A stretch of DNA of 26,809 nucleotides from a virus. Lineage: Duplodnaviria; Caudoviricetes. The notes beneath the pieces were generated by a model. It did no database searches, was not told the DNA's origin, and saw only the letters and a list, made by a program, of their open reading frames with translations. The position numbers and the translations under genes were made by a program. Below are positions 1 through 9,256 of this stretch, piece by piece. The stretch covers positions 1-26,809 of IMG/VR virus record IMGVR_UViG_3300027991_000005. One strand, written 5' to 3'. Within the stretch, counting starts at the first letter, position 1, and each line of letters begins with the position of its first letter.

Positions 1-242
1 GCGGCATCGCCGGCCACCACCGTATAGGTGTTGACGTTGGTGCCGACATTGGTCACCCCGCGCTTCCACTGGTAGGCATACGATGTCGGCACACCAAACC
101 AGTTACCCATCGTGCAGTTGAGGACACTGCCAACGACAGCCGGCGGCGAGAGCGTATAAATCGCCGGGGTGTCGACGTATTGCGGCGAGATGCGGCCGGC
201 AGCGACGCGGACCTGTTCTCGTAACATGCCATAATCGGACAT
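1..242 (-). CDS. Ig-like domain virion protein (runs off left edge)
   Basis: Hand translation from ATG at 242 with AGGAAAG upstream: MSDYGMLREQVRVAAGRISPQYVDTPAIYTLSPPAVVGSVLNCTMGNWFGVPTSYAYQWKRGVTNVGTNVNTYTVVAGDA. The VGxxLxCxxGxW...YxYQWxR...TYTVxxxD pattern is typical of Ig-like domains. No stop within the window. Confidence 0.75.
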   Translation of the reverse strand, partial: MSDYGMLREQVRVAAGRISPQYVDTPAIYTLSPPAVVGSVLNCTMGNWFGVPTSYAYQWKRGVTNVGTNVNTYTVVAGDA

Positions 243-243
243 A

Positions 244-345
244 TCACTTTCCTTTCCGAGTGGGTTTGGCCTTACCGCCCTTGGTGGGTCGCGGCGGCTT
301 CGGCTTTGACGGCTTCATACCCGGGCCGCCGAACGTGCCGTGCAT
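244..345 (-). CDS. small Lys/Pro-rich basic protein (33 aa)
   Basis: Hand translation MHGTFGGPGMKPSKPKPPRPTKGGKAKPTRKGK*; GGAGAGGG RBS; fills the gap between flanking genes. Confidence 0.6.
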   Translation of the reverse strand: MHGTFGGPGMKPSKPKPPRPTKGGKAKPTRKGK

Positions 346-356
346 ATTCCCTCTCC

Positions 357-1817
357 TTATTTTGCCTCCAAGGCCTGGATGCGCGCCGTCAGTTCCTTGA
401 TACAATTGACCAAGATCGGCACCAGCATTCCCGGCGCCAGGGTTGCGATCTGTTGCTCGTCGATTTCGATGCGCCCGACCATCTCGGGGATGACCGGCTC
501 GACATCTTGCGCGACAAAACCGTAACGGGTTGTCCCGGCCTCCCGGAAAGGCCCGCCGGCGTATTCAAACGAGACCGGGGCGAGCTGCAACACCGCCTCC
601 AGCCCTCGCTCATAGGGGGCGACATTGGTCTTGTAATCGGCATCGCTGATGGTCGACCAGGAGCCGCTGTTGTTGTAAGTGCCGGCGCCGTTAAAAATCG
701 CGTAAGTCGCGCTGGCGCCACGGCTGCGGAAAATGTGCTGTTGGTTGTCGTAGTAATTTTCTCCCGTCGTGTACATCGCGATGTTCGACGTACCGCCAGT
801 ATCGTAGATAGTGCGCAGCGCGCCGCTCTGGGTACAAAAGGCAATACCGCCGACCTGATACTGCGCGGCGTTTACCACGCTGGTGCCGGTAATCGTCGGC
901 GCGGCAACAGAGCCTCCGGTGATGGCGCCGCCGATCGCTGCCGTCGCCGCGCTGATCGCGCCGCTTGCCGCCACGGTACTGGCGTTGATCGCGTTGGCCG
1001 TGACCGCGCCGTTAAGCGAGCTGGTGCCTGTCACCGCGAGCGTCGGCACCGTCAACCCGCCGGTCATCGAGCCGCCGGTAATCGGCAAGTAGGTTGCCGA
1101 CAGCGCCTGTAAGCCGGGGTTGAGAAGCTGAAACTGGGTGCCGTCCCAAACTACGTCGAGAACAGCGTATTGCTGCATCTCGCCGCCGACCAGAGGCAGG
1201 GTGTCAGTCAGCACCGGGTAGGCGCCCAGCCCCTGGATGTTGAGCGTTACTGGGCCGGTATTGTCGGCCACCAGCGGGAAGAAAGTGAAACGGTCGCCGA
1301 CCACGAGCGCGGTCGGAGCCCCGGACGTATAAGTCAGGGTTTGCGCGTTGGGCGTGCCCAGCGAGCCGATCAGCGGCAGGCTTGAAACTGTCGGGCCACC
1401 GGCCGGGGGGCCGAGATACCAATTGCCGTCGCCGCCATAAACAAACAGGGTTGGAACAGACGGCTGCAGCTCGCCGCCGCGCAATAGCGCTTCACCTCGG
1501 AACCGGATCGGCATTGCGCCGGTCCCCACGTCCAGGGTCGCGGGTCCCGTGTTCTGAGAAGTCGGGGAGATCAGAAAAGTATCACCGGCAATCGGGTCCA
1601 CAGCGCTATAGGGCACGATCAGCGCGTTTTCGGTGCCGAGCGCACCCAGATGAGCATTCGCCCGCTCGTACCAGCGGCGAAGGCCGCCCATCATCGCGCG
1701 AGCGCTGTTATTCACGCCGGAGGGCATCATCCCTTCCGGCCAGCCATCAGGCGACGATTGATTATTGCTGTCGTCAATCGGCGACCATGTGTTCGGGTCC
1801 GTCACTGTTCCACCCAC
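357..1817 (-). CDS. tail fibre with C-terminal intramolecular chaperone (peptidase S74-like)
   Basis: N-terminal WPEGMMPSGVNNSARAMM anchor; two NTGPxTL repeats; Ala/Gly/Thr-rich shaft; C-terminal SDADYKTNV...YGFVAQDVEPVIPEMV...LVNCIKEL S74 signature. Confidence 0.9.
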   Translation of the reverse strand: MGGTVTDPNTWSPIDDSNNQSSPDGWPEGMMPSGVNNSARAMMGGLRRWYERANAHLGALGTENALIVPYSAVDPIAGDTFLISPTSQNTGPATLDVGTGAMPIRFRGEALLRGGELQPSVPTLFVYGGDGNWYLGPPAGGPTVSSLPLIGSLGTPNAQTLTYTSGAPTALVVGDRFTFFPLVADNTGPVTLNIQGLGAYPVLTDTLPLVGGEMQQYAVLDVVWDGTQFQLLNPGLQALSATYLPITGGSMTGGLTVPTLAVTGTSSLNGAVTANAINASTVAASGAISAATAAIGGAITGGSVAAPTITGTSVVNAAQYQVGGIAFCTQSGALRTIYDTGGTSNIAMYTTGENYYDNQQHIFRSRGASATYAIFNGAGTYNNSGSWSTISDADYKTNVAPYERGLEAVLQLAPVSFEYAGGPFREAGTTRYGFVAQDVEPVIPEMVGRIEIDEQQIATLAPGMLVPILVNCIKELTARIQALEAK

Positions 1818-2305
1818 CGCATTGCTACCCGCCGGCTAATCGCAGCAGCAGGAGACATGATGACCAACCGGCCGCGGGCCGGGACGTGTTCCTGTATCGC
1901 CGCGCAGGCCGGGAGAAACCCGACAGGGCTGGCGAAAACCTCGGTGACGACGTGCCCGATAGCATCACGCGCCTGCACCGCACGGGCGTAGACTGCCGGC
2001 TTGCCGCGACAGCGCGCGACAGCGGTGGCCTTGTCTTCGGGATAACCCAGGATCTCCGCCATCACTCGATCGAAGGCATCAGTCTCGGCCGGCGCGGCAT
2101 CGAACAATTCTGCGATCCCGAGATCGGTCGTAACCAACGTGCCCTCGGTGCGCTGCACGGCATAAACACCCTGAGGCAACGCCTCGAGGTCGAGCCGCTC
2201 GGCGTCTTCCGGCACCATGTAGCAGGCACGCTTTGGGTGGTTGCGGTCGAGCGTTGCGGCAATCTGCGCGCGGATATCGCCGGCCGGCTCGGGAACCGGG
2301 GTCAC
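1802..2305 (-). CDS. hypothetical phage protein (domain reminiscent of large internal-virion proteins)
   Basis: 167-aa ORF overlapping both neighbours; motifs GTLVTTD, ILGYPE, VQARDAIGHVV. Confidence 0.65.
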   Translation of the reverse strand: MTPVPEPAGDIRAQIAATLDRNHPKRACYMVPEDAERLDLEALPQGVYAVQRTEGTLVTTDLGIAELFDAAPAETDAFDRVMAEILGYPEDKATAVARCRGKPAVYARAVQARDAIGHVVTEVFASPVGFLPACAAIQEHVPARGRLVIMSPAAAISRRVAMRWVEQ

Positions 2306-2475
2306 TTGAGGTAGGCGTCCGCTAAGGCCGCTACCGTCGTGATCAATATGCCATCAGGCTTCGCGACGATGTGCGCGTTGATAACATATGGCACGAGGTG
2401 CGCGTCTTCCGGTGAGAGAAAACACGCGAGCATCGACCGTTCCATCACTGCGATAATCTGTTGCGCCGCACTCAT
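2302..2475 (-). CDS. small hypothetical protein (57 aa), paralog of the N-terminus of the downstream gene
   Basis: Hand translation MSAAQQIIAVMERSMLACFLSPEDAHLVPYVINAHIVAKPDGILITTVAALADAYLK*; ATGA overlap upstream and GTGA overlap downstream. Confidence 0.7.
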   Translation of the reverse strand: MSAAQQIIAVMERSMLACFLSPEDAHLVPYVINAHIVAKPDGILITTVAALADAYLK

Positions 2476-4232
2476 GCTCGAACCTCATCTCGATAAATCG
2501 ATTGCCAATCCTGTTCGCCTGCCAGCACGCCAAGCACCAGGCACGGCAATGCCAGGGCGGCGGTAACGCTCCGGCCGCGCCACAGTTTGCGGGCGCCCTT
2601 GACGCCACTTCTCGCAGCGATGTCCTCTGCCCGCCAGCGGAAGACCGTACCAAGCAGCCTCGAATAGAGACTGTCTGGCTTCCTGCGGAGATGGCGCACG
2701 CTGGGGATTGCCCAAACGTAGTAGCCGCGGCGGGCGATCTCGGGGTAGGCAGCGAACACCGGCAACCCGGCCGCCCAGTGACGCTTTGGCAATTTGCCCT
2801 GGCGTTTCAGCTCGGTGCAGATGATCCAGGCCGCTGGTGCCGCCATTGCCGCCAAAGGCAGACCTTCCAGTCCCGCTGTGGTTGCCAGCCCCGCCGCTAA
2901 GGGCGGCCCACCCGCGGCGATCGAGGCATCTGCCAACGAACCGAACAGCGCGCCCTGGCTCCCCAAAAGCCCACCAGTTCCGCCCAGCCCTCCGAGCCCG
3001 CCTACTCCCCCGAGGTTCTTCAAAATCCCGGTCGCGCCCAGCCCGGCGCCGAGCAAGTTTGCCACCTGGTTCTGGAAGTAAGGCGTCGAGGTCTGTCCGC
3101 TGCCAGCTTGCGGCTGCCCGATGTTTTTGAGATAGGCGCTGAGCGTGTCGTACGGCGCTTGCTGATTGCCGTAAAACCGCTTGGCCTGGTCCTCCAAGGC
3201 CGCCTGCTCGAAGCTGCGGTACTGCTGGTCGATGCTGCTGAGCCCCTGCCCGGCCTGCACGGTGGCATTCGGCCCAGCGAGCTGCGCCGCAGCGATTTGC
3301 GGGAATAGCCGCAATGCGTCGAGCATCTGCTGATTGCCGCTGGTGTTGGCGGCGTTGAGCCCAGAGATACCGTATTGCTGCGCAAGCTGATCGGCTTGAG
3401 TGGCGCTGAGACCGAGACGCAGCGCCTGGTCGTAGATACCCGCGGCAGCCTGGTTGCCGCTGATGCCGGTCTGCAAACCCTGGTTATAGAGCTGCCCGTA
3501 TTGGCTCGCAGCGACGTCCTGCGCCTGTCTTTCGCGCGCGTAGTTCTGCCCGTAGATGTTGGTCGAGAGATTGGTCAGGCTGTTGAGATAGTTCTGCTGC
3601 CCTTGGCTGGCAGCAAGCTGTGCCGCGCCGGAACCGGTGCGACCCGAGCCGGCAAACGACCCGGTGATCCCCGGTGCAGTCGTAGTCTGATAATTCTGGG
3701 TGATCGGCGCCATCGCCTGCGCCGCCATCTGGTCGATGTACGGATTAGCGTTGAGGTAGTACCCCGACGCCGTCTGACCGAGCTGGCTGAGCCCGAGGTT
3801 GTTATTGGCGGCGGCCCGGTTGGCATACTGGGCGACCTGCGGCGCGTACTGGTTACCGGCATTGGTCGCCAGGTCGGCGACGCTGCGGTAATACTGGCTC
3901 GGGCCGGATTGCCCGGCGGCATATTGCTGATAATACGGGTCGGCCGGGTTGGCCTGCGGCGCGAGGGCACTCGAATACGCCGCATTGTATTGCGGCAGCA
4001 TCGCATTGATGTTCTGCCCGGCATTATACGTCTCGTTATAGCCCTGCCCGACAAACGGGTTGGGGGCGCGAAAATCGGCGAGTGTCTGGCCCGGGTAATA
4101 TTGCAGCGGGAAATTGTTGAAGAGATTGAGCGCACTATTCCAGCCACCCTGCAGGAAGGGCGCCTGCATCATCTGCGTCGGATTGGTCGTCTGTGCCGTC
4201 GTCATGCCGGCAGGGGCAGAGCCTTTGGACAT
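2472..4232 (-). CDS. putative DNA ejection/pilot (internal virion) protein
   Basis: Gln/Ala/Asn/Tyr-rich body with NPYID and GSGRTGSG motifs, Gly/Leu hydrophobic stretch, distinct C-terminal IICTEL domain; lies after the nozzle and GNAT-like genes as in podoviruses. Confidence 0.75.
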   Translation of the reverse strand: MSKGSAPAGMTTAQTTNPTQMMQAPFLQGGWNSALNLFNNFPLQYYPGQTLADFRAPNPFVGQGYNETYNAGQNINAMLPQYNAAYSSALAPQANPADPYYQQYAAGQSGPSQYYRSVADLATNAGNQYAPQVAQYANRAAANNNLGLSQLGQTASGYYLNANPYIDQMAAQAMAPITQNYQTTTAPGITGSFAGSGRTGSGAAQLAASQGQQNYLNSLTNLSTNIYGQNYARERQAQDVAASQYGQLYNQGLQTGISGNQAAAGIYDQALRLGLSATQADQLAQQYGISGLNAANTSGNQQMLDALRLFPQIAAAQLAGPNATVQAGQGLSSIDQQYRSFEQAALEDQAKRFYGNQQAPYDTLSAYLKNIGQPQAGSGQTSTPYFQNQVANLLGAGLGATGILKNLGGVGGLGGLGGTGGLLGSQGALFGSLADASIAAGGPPLAAGLATTAGLEGLPLAAMAAPAAWIICTELKRQGKLPKRHWAAGLPVFAAYPEIARRGYYVWAIPSVRHLRRKPDSLYSRLLGTVFRWRAEDIAARSGVKGARKLWRGRSVTAALALPCLVLGVLAGEQDWQSIYRDEVRA

Positions 4233-4694
4233 CTAGAGATCCTTGGCGATGATGACGTCGCCGGTTAAATGCGCGCCGGTCCACGCCCGCGCCCAGCCTG
4301 GGCGCCCGACACAGGCGATCTGCGTACAGCCGAGTTGCCGAGCGTGTGCTTCGATGGTCTCGATCGCCGGCTTTAGCCAGGCGCGCATATTGCTGCCGCC
4401 GCCAAACATGACCTCCAGAACCCGGCGGCGCGGATAGGGCTGCAAGGTCGTCACCAACACCGCCTCGATACCGTTCACGCTCTCGGCGAGCCAGATCGCA
4501 GCAGTGCCGGTCATCGCCATCCGCAGAAGGTCGATCGGCTCGTAACAGCCGGTGCGTTTGGTAGCTTTTGCCAGATGGGCCTCGATCTGCGGCCAGTGGC
4601 TGACCACTTCGTCGAGTGGCGGCAGACGCACAACCGCCCGCATCGGCTGGGCCATTATCGGCTCGGCCGGAGCATCCCACACAGTCAATGTCAT
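4233..4694 (-). CDS. GNAT-like fold phage morphogenesis protein
   Basis: Start reassigned to ATG at 4694; motifs FGGGSNMRAW and ARQLGCTQIACVGRPGWAR; conserved position before the ejection gene. Confidence 0.7.
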   Translation of the reverse strand: MTLTVWDAPAEPIMAQPMRAVVRLPPLDEVVSHWPQIEAHLAKATKRTGCYEPIDLLRMAMTGTAAIWLAESVNGIEAVLVTTLQPYPRRRVLEVMFGGGSNMRAWLKPAIETIEAHARQLGCTQIACVGRPGWARAWTGAHLTGDVIIAKDL

Positions 4695-4695
4695 G

Positions 4696-4962
4696 TCAGA
4701 TGACGACCCAATCCGTGCCGTTGTACCAGGCAAGCACCGAGTTGGTGCCACCGCCGGTCACCGGACCCGTGGTGACCGAACTATCGATGATGTAGGCCAA
4801 GGTGCCGGCAACTGGTTGCGTCGGCAGTGCGCCGAACGGGGTGGGGGCGAGGGAGGGCAGATTGCTCCAGCTCACCAGCGCATTGATGGCGCGGGCCAGG
4901 TCGCGGAACCACGCCGCCCAACCGGTGAGCGGCTGGTCCGGCGGGACCGGCGTGATTGCCAT
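4696..4962 (-). CDS. small tail protein (needle/short-fibre-like, 88 aa)
   Basis: ATG at 4962 overlaps the upstream stop (TGATG); helical RDLARAINAL segment, then LP...GTLAYIID...WYNGTDW fibre-type knob. Confidence 0.65.
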   Translation of the reverse strand: MAITPVPPDQPLTGWAAWFRDLARAINALVSWSNLPSLAPTPFGALPTQPVAGTLAYIIDSSVTTGPVTGGGTNSVLAWYNGTDWVVI

Positions 4963-5255
4963 CAGCGCGACAACATGCTGTTGAGCCCCAGTTGCTGCGG
5001 CTGCACCTGAGTCATCGTCCACCACTCCATCATTTGCTTGAGCAGCTCGGGCGACGGCGGCTGTTGCCCGAATGGCGAGCCTGGGCCGTAATTGTCCGGA
5101 TCAGCAGGGTCCATCACCGGGGCTTTGTCCGTCCATTCGACCGCTGGTGGCACGGGTCTGGCTATGGTCGGGAATGGCGCGTTATGAAGAAGCCATTCAT
5201 TGCCGCGCCCCCACAACTGCTGTTGCAGCATGCTGAGAGCATTCTGCTGCGCCAT
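4962..5255 (-). CDS. hypothetical Gln/Pro-rich protein
   Basis: 97-aa ORF coupled at both ends (TAATG and TGATG overlaps). Confidence 0.7.
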   Translation of the reverse strand: MAQQNALSMLQQQLWGRGNEWLLHNAPFPTIARPVPPAVEWTDKAPVMDPADPDNYGPGSPFGQQPPSPELLKQMMEWWTMTQVQPQQLGLNSMLSR

Positions 5256-6853
5256 TACCGCAGCCTACCTTCCGGCGCATAAAGCGCGTCGATGCCCTGC
5301 AGGTGGCGAAATCCCTGCCCTGCCGGCATCTGCATGCGGAACCGCAGATAACGCCCGGTGCAGCGCTGCGGGCACTCGCCGATCCCGTTGACCGCAACCG
5401 CCGGCTCCCAGGTCACCGGATCAGTCAGCCGCTCGCGGTGCCCGACAGCGACCGTTGCGGCGCCGCCATCGATCAGCGGCCGCGTCATCTGCACCCACGA
5501 GCGGCGGCCTTCGGTCGGTTGCATCTCGCCGGTCTCCAGCGTCGGCGCCAGAGCCGGGCCGCCGCCAAAAGCCAGGGTGTGGGTGGAGTCGAAAAACGTC
5601 AAACGAGAGCCCGATTGCCCAACCCAGTACGGATCATCAAAGCTCGGCAATATCGTATCGAGATCGCCAAACGGGTCGAGCTGGTCGAGATTATATGTGT
5701 TGGCGGCGTACATCGCCGTGGTGAGCCACTCGATCGTCTGCGTCGGCTCCAGCTCCACGATCGAGGCGCGTCCCAGTTCCCAATTATAGATCAAGAGCCG
5801 GTTGTAAAGCCCGTTGCCGCCAACCGCGCTGAAAGCCCACAGAACGGCACGGGAGCGCGGATCAACGGCGCCCTGCACCAGTTTGACGTATTGCGGATCG
5901 AGGAGCCTGAAGAACTGGCGGTCCCATTTCTGCGCCCCGATCGGCGCGGAGGTGGCGCCGTCGAAAGCGTAGAAACCATCCTCACCCAGGGCGTAGATCA
6001 CTGGACGCACCGCGCCGCCAGCGTCGCGCGCGTGTGATTGCACGATCGAGAACGGGCTGATGGTGCCGCTACTGCCCGCCGCCACCCGGAAGGAGAACAA
6101 GGTGGGCGGACCGGCGTATTGGCCAACAACAACGCCGCGTTCCAGAAAAATCACGACATCGGCCGCCTGGGCAAACCCGCTGACCAAGCCCGTGATGTTG
6201 CCGAGATCGGTCTGGTTTAGATCCTGGTAGTCACTTTGAAGTTGCTGCGCCTCGACCGAACCCGGAAGGGGCCAACTGGTCGGGTCGCCCAGCGCGCTCC
6301 ACCACACCCGATAAGGGACGTGGCCGCTGATATCGTCGGTGGTGTCGCCGAGGAAGATAAAGTCTTTGACCGTGGCGACGAACCGAGCCAGCGGTGCGGC
6401 CGGCACCACCGGAGGCCCGGTCGGATCGCCGGGCTGCAGATCCTCGAAAGCAGGATCGCCGATCATGATGGTTTGCACCGGGTCCACCCCGTTGGTGGCG
6501 ATCACCCGGCTGCCGAACGATGTCATATCCCAAAAGCCGCCGCTGAGCGGCGGCAAGGTCGCGTAAGGTGCGCTCGGACCGCTGACATCGCCCAGCGTCG
6601 GCGGCGCTGTCGGCGGCATGACGTAGAGCTTGGTGCGGTCGCCGGCATAGACCCACACGCTGCCGTCCGCATCCTTGACGCTATACGAGCCCTGACACGC
6701 CTCGGTCAGACTGTTGGAACTGGCGGCGACGGCTGACAGGATCGGACCGTAGCTGCGCGGCGTCAACGGGATGCAGTTCTTGATGGTCGGGCTGCCGGGA
6801 CTGCCGAAATCGGCCTGATCGGGCAGCCATTCAGGCCACGACGCGATGGTCAT
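5255..6853 (-). CDS. tail nozzle / tail tubular B-like protein (P22 gp10-like role)
   Basis: 532 aa, beta-rich; EWLPDQ N-terminus, VWWSALGDPTSW, GFYAFDG, GRYLRFRM motifs; follows the adaptor. Confidence 0.8.
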   Translation of the reverse strand: MTIASWPEWLPDQADFGSPGSPTIKNCIPLTPRSYGPILSAVAASSNSLTEACQGSYSVKDADGSVWVYAGDRTKLYVMPPTAPPTLGDVSGPSAPYATLPPLSGGFWDMTSFGSRVIATNGVDPVQTIMIGDPAFEDLQPGDPTGPPVVPAAPLARFVATVKDFIFLGDTTDDISGHVPYRVWWSALGDPTSWPLPGSVEAQQLQSDYQDLNQTDLGNITGLVSGFAQAADVVIFLERGVVVGQYAGPPTLFSFRVAAGSSGTISPFSIVQSHARDAGGAVRPVIYALGEDGFYAFDGATSAPIGAQKWDRQFFRLLDPQYVKLVQGAVDPRSRAVLWAFSAVGGNGLYNRLLIYNWELGRASIVELEPTQTIEWLTTAMYAANTYNLDQLDPFGDLDTILPSFDDPYWVGQSGSRLTFFDSTHTLAFGGGPALAPTLETGEMQPTEGRRSWVQMTRPLIDGGAATVAVGHRERLTDPVTWEPAVAVNGIGECPQRCTGRYLRFRMQMPAGQGFRHLQGIDALYAPEGRLR

Positions 6854-6856
6854 TTC

Positions 6857-7849
6857 TTATTTCCAATATCGCCAGGCGTTATCGATAAACCGGAATTGCA
6901 GCCCGGCGCCCGGGCCGTAAGCGCTCGTCGGGCCATCCACCACCGCTGCCCCGCCGCTATCCTGCACGGCAAGCGATGTGACGGGGTTTTGCAACGATAT
7001 CTCCACCAGCATGTCGGTGGCGGGCTGTGGCGGCAGGCGGATCGTCAACACGGCCAAGGGACCGCCCTCGATATAAAGCCCCGGCTCGCCGGGCAGCATA
7101 ACGACAGTGGTGCCGGACGCCGGCGTGACAGCACGAAAGGCGGTGCCCGAGGGGGCTGGTGTCGGTGTGGGTGTGGGCGCCAGCGCACTCCCGCCGGAGC
7201 CGCCGCCAACCGGCTGCACAATCGTAATACCGTCCACCCGGACCTGCAGCGCGCCCGGCCAGCGAGCCTTGCGGTCGGCCTGTTCGATCGAGGCAAAAAT
7301 CGCCTCGCGGCGTTGCAGCCAGAGCGGCGCGCGTTCGTCGTGGCCGATAAACAGCTCGGCCTCGGCGAGGCTCCCAAACAGGTACGCGTCGGGATGCACG
7401 CGCAGCAGTATGTTGGTCGGGTTTTGCGCCGACAGAGCCGGCCAGGCGGCGTAATAGTTCACCGTCAGCTCGTACTCGGCGTCCGGCTGCGGGTCGAGGC
7501 GGGCAATACGGATACCTGGTTCTCCAGTGCCGACACCGAGAATGCTATAATAGCGCGGCGTGCCGGTGGTCTGCGGTATCGGTCCCGGCGGCAGATACTG
7601 CAACGGCAACGTGCCGATCGACATCTGGCGTATTTCAGTACACCCGTCCGGCAGATATACGGCGGAGGTGCCGGGCGTCGTCAGTAAGAAAGCCTGGTAT
7701 TCGTCGCCGCCGATCCGCAACCGCCGCCGCGCCTCGGCCTCGAACAGCCGGATCATATCGGGCACCGCCGGCTGCACCAGTGGATCGGCCGGGCGCGCCA
7801 GCCACGACAAGATACTGGCCTGTAATGCCGAATAACTGTTGAGAGCCAT
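6857..7849 (-). CDS. head-tail adaptor with C-terminal extra domain
   Basis: N-terminal ~200 aa (YSALQASILSWLAR...PDAYLFGSLAEA) typical of podophage adaptors; Gly/Pro-Thr linker; ~95-aa beta domain. Confidence 0.75.
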   Translation of the reverse strand: MALNSYSALQASILSWLARPADPLVQPAVPDMIRLFEAEARRRLRIGGDEYQAFLLTTPGTSAVYLPDGCTEIRQMSIGTLPLQYLPPGPIPQTTGTPRYYSILGVGTGEPGIRIARLDPQPDAEYELTVNYYAAWPALSAQNPTNILLRVHPDAYLFGSLAEAELFIGHDERAPLWLQRREAIFASIEQADRKARWPGALQVRVDGITIVQPVGGGSGGSALAPTPTPTPAPSGTAFRAVTPASGTTVVMLPGEPGLYIEGGPLAVLTIRLPPQPATDMLVEISLQNPVTSLAVQDSGGAAVVDGPTSAYGPGAGLQFRFIDNAWRYWK

Positions 7850-7853
7850 CGAT

Positions 7854-8183
7854 TTACAGCCGCCGCGTGCTCGTGCGCAGATAACGCCAATCGGGGTCGT
7901 TCAGAAGACGGCGCACGGCCGGCCAGTGCTCCCGCCGATACACGTCGACGCCGTAGCGCTGCATCCACAAGAGCGCCACGTCGACCGGGATGCGGGCTTC
8001 CAGGCGCATAGTCTTGTCCCGGGTGACCCAACCGTCACTGTACAAATGCTGCGACTTGTTGATGTCGATCACCGGCTGCACGTCACACGACCGTTTGACA
8101 ATCGCCAGATCGTCGCCCTCGTCGTAGTCGAAGGTCTCGACCGCACCCGAATACGGATCGACATCGAGGATGATAGGTTTCAT
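7854..8183 (-). CDS. conserved phage protein downstream of the capsid gene
   Basis: 109 aa; DVQPVIDINK, ARIP and LLNDPDWRYLRT motifs commonly seen at this position. Confidence 0.75.
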   Translation of the reverse strand: MKPIILDVDPYSGAVETFDYDEGDDLAIVKRSCDVQPVIDINKSQHLYSDGWVTRDKTMRLEARIPVDVALLWMQRYGVDVYRREHWPAVRRLLNDPDWRYLRTSTRRL

Positions 8184-8194
8184 GCGTTATCTCT

Positions 8195-8226
8195 AAATAA
8201 AACGGGCGGCCCGAAAGACCGCCCGT
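8195..8226 (-). terminator. rho-independent terminator after the major capsid gene
   Basis: Minus strand ACGGGCGGTC-TTTC-GGGCCGCCCGT hairpin followed by TTTATTT. Confidence 0.75.
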
Positions 8227-8276
8227 GAATGAAAGCACCCAGCCTTTACAGGCGTGGGATCCTAGCCGAACAACGA

Positions 8277-9233
8277 TTACGGTGATGTGAGATCATATAT
8301 CGCCCCCGAACTCTTCTCATTCTTAGCCGTCAAGGTATACTCGGCGAGGATCATCCGCTTTTCGGCGTCGCCGGTCTTGGCGAGCGGCACTTGCGTGAAC
8401 GGCCGCAAGTAATCCACCGACCAGTACGACCAGTTCAGGATCAGCGCGTCCCTGGTGCGCATAAAGCGGTTGGCGATGACATTCACCGTGTGGAAGTCGC
8501 CGACATACACGTCAACCGTGTTCACCAGCTTCTTCTCCATTACGTCGACTTGCTTTGTCGCGTTGCCGGTGAAAGCGCTGAACGCCTGCTTGTTGCCAGG
8601 GCCGAGCATGATGACGTCAACGTCTTCGCTAGAGTTGGTGAAGATCGACTTCAGCACCGTTTGGAACATCGCCTCGGTTATCGCGCGAGGCGTCCCGTCG
8701 ACCCGGGCGTCGGTGCCGTCCCCCGTTGGATTAGTGCCGACGTGACTGACGTTGGTGATGATCCACGACAGCACCGACGCAAGCTTGGGAGCGGTAGCCG
8801 CCGCGCCGGTGACTTTCGCCTGGTTGGAAAGCAGGATGCTCTCCATGTCGATCTTCAACTCCCGCCCGCGTTTCTGCATCTGGTAGGCCAGCTCGGTGCG
8901 TCGACCCGCCTTGCTGACCGCATCGAGCGTGCCAGAGATGATCACCTCTTTGCGGCTGATCTGGGTGCGGTTACCCAGGCGAGAGGTGACGCTCGCGGCG
9001 CTGAAGGTGGCAACATCATCGCCCTGGAACTGGGCGTTTGCGGTGTTGGCCGCTGCCAGGGAGTCAACTTGCCACTCGTGCAAGACCGCGTCGGCAGTGC
9101 CGCGCCCGGCATTGGTCATAAACGGCGTGGAAGAAGGTGACACTAAGTAGATCACGTCGGCAAGATCTTCTCTGAGACCTTGCATGCCAGGCGAGCCGGA
9201 AAAGGTGGTCGCCGTACCAGTAATGATAGCCAT
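8277..9233 (-). CDS. major capsid protein (DUF5309/SU10-type)
   Basis: 318 aa; REDLADVI, TPF, HEWQVDSL, NRTQISRK, ELKIDME, LAKTGDAEK, EYTL motifs. Confidence 0.93.
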   Translation of the reverse strand: MAIITGTATTFSGSPGMQGLREDLADVIYLVSPSSTPFMTNAGRGTADAVLHEWQVDSLAAANTANAQFQGDDVATFSAASVTSRLGNRTQISRKEVIISGTLDAVSKAGRRTELAYQMQKRGRELKIDMESILLSNQAKVTGAAATAPKLASVLSWIITNVSHVGTNPTGDGTDARVDGTPRAITEAMFQTVLKSIFTNSSEDVDVIMLGPGNKQAFSAFTGNATKQVDVMEKKLVNTVDVYVGDFHTVNVIANRFMRTRDALILNWSYWSVDYLRPFTQVPLAKTGDAEKRMILAEYTLTAKNEKSSGAIYDLTSP

Positions 9234-9256
9234 GATGAGGGCTCCATCTGAGGGAT

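Noticed and set aside
53-247. 64-aa ORF from the track
   Set aside because: A different frame starting at ATG 242 gives a recognisable Ig-like protein
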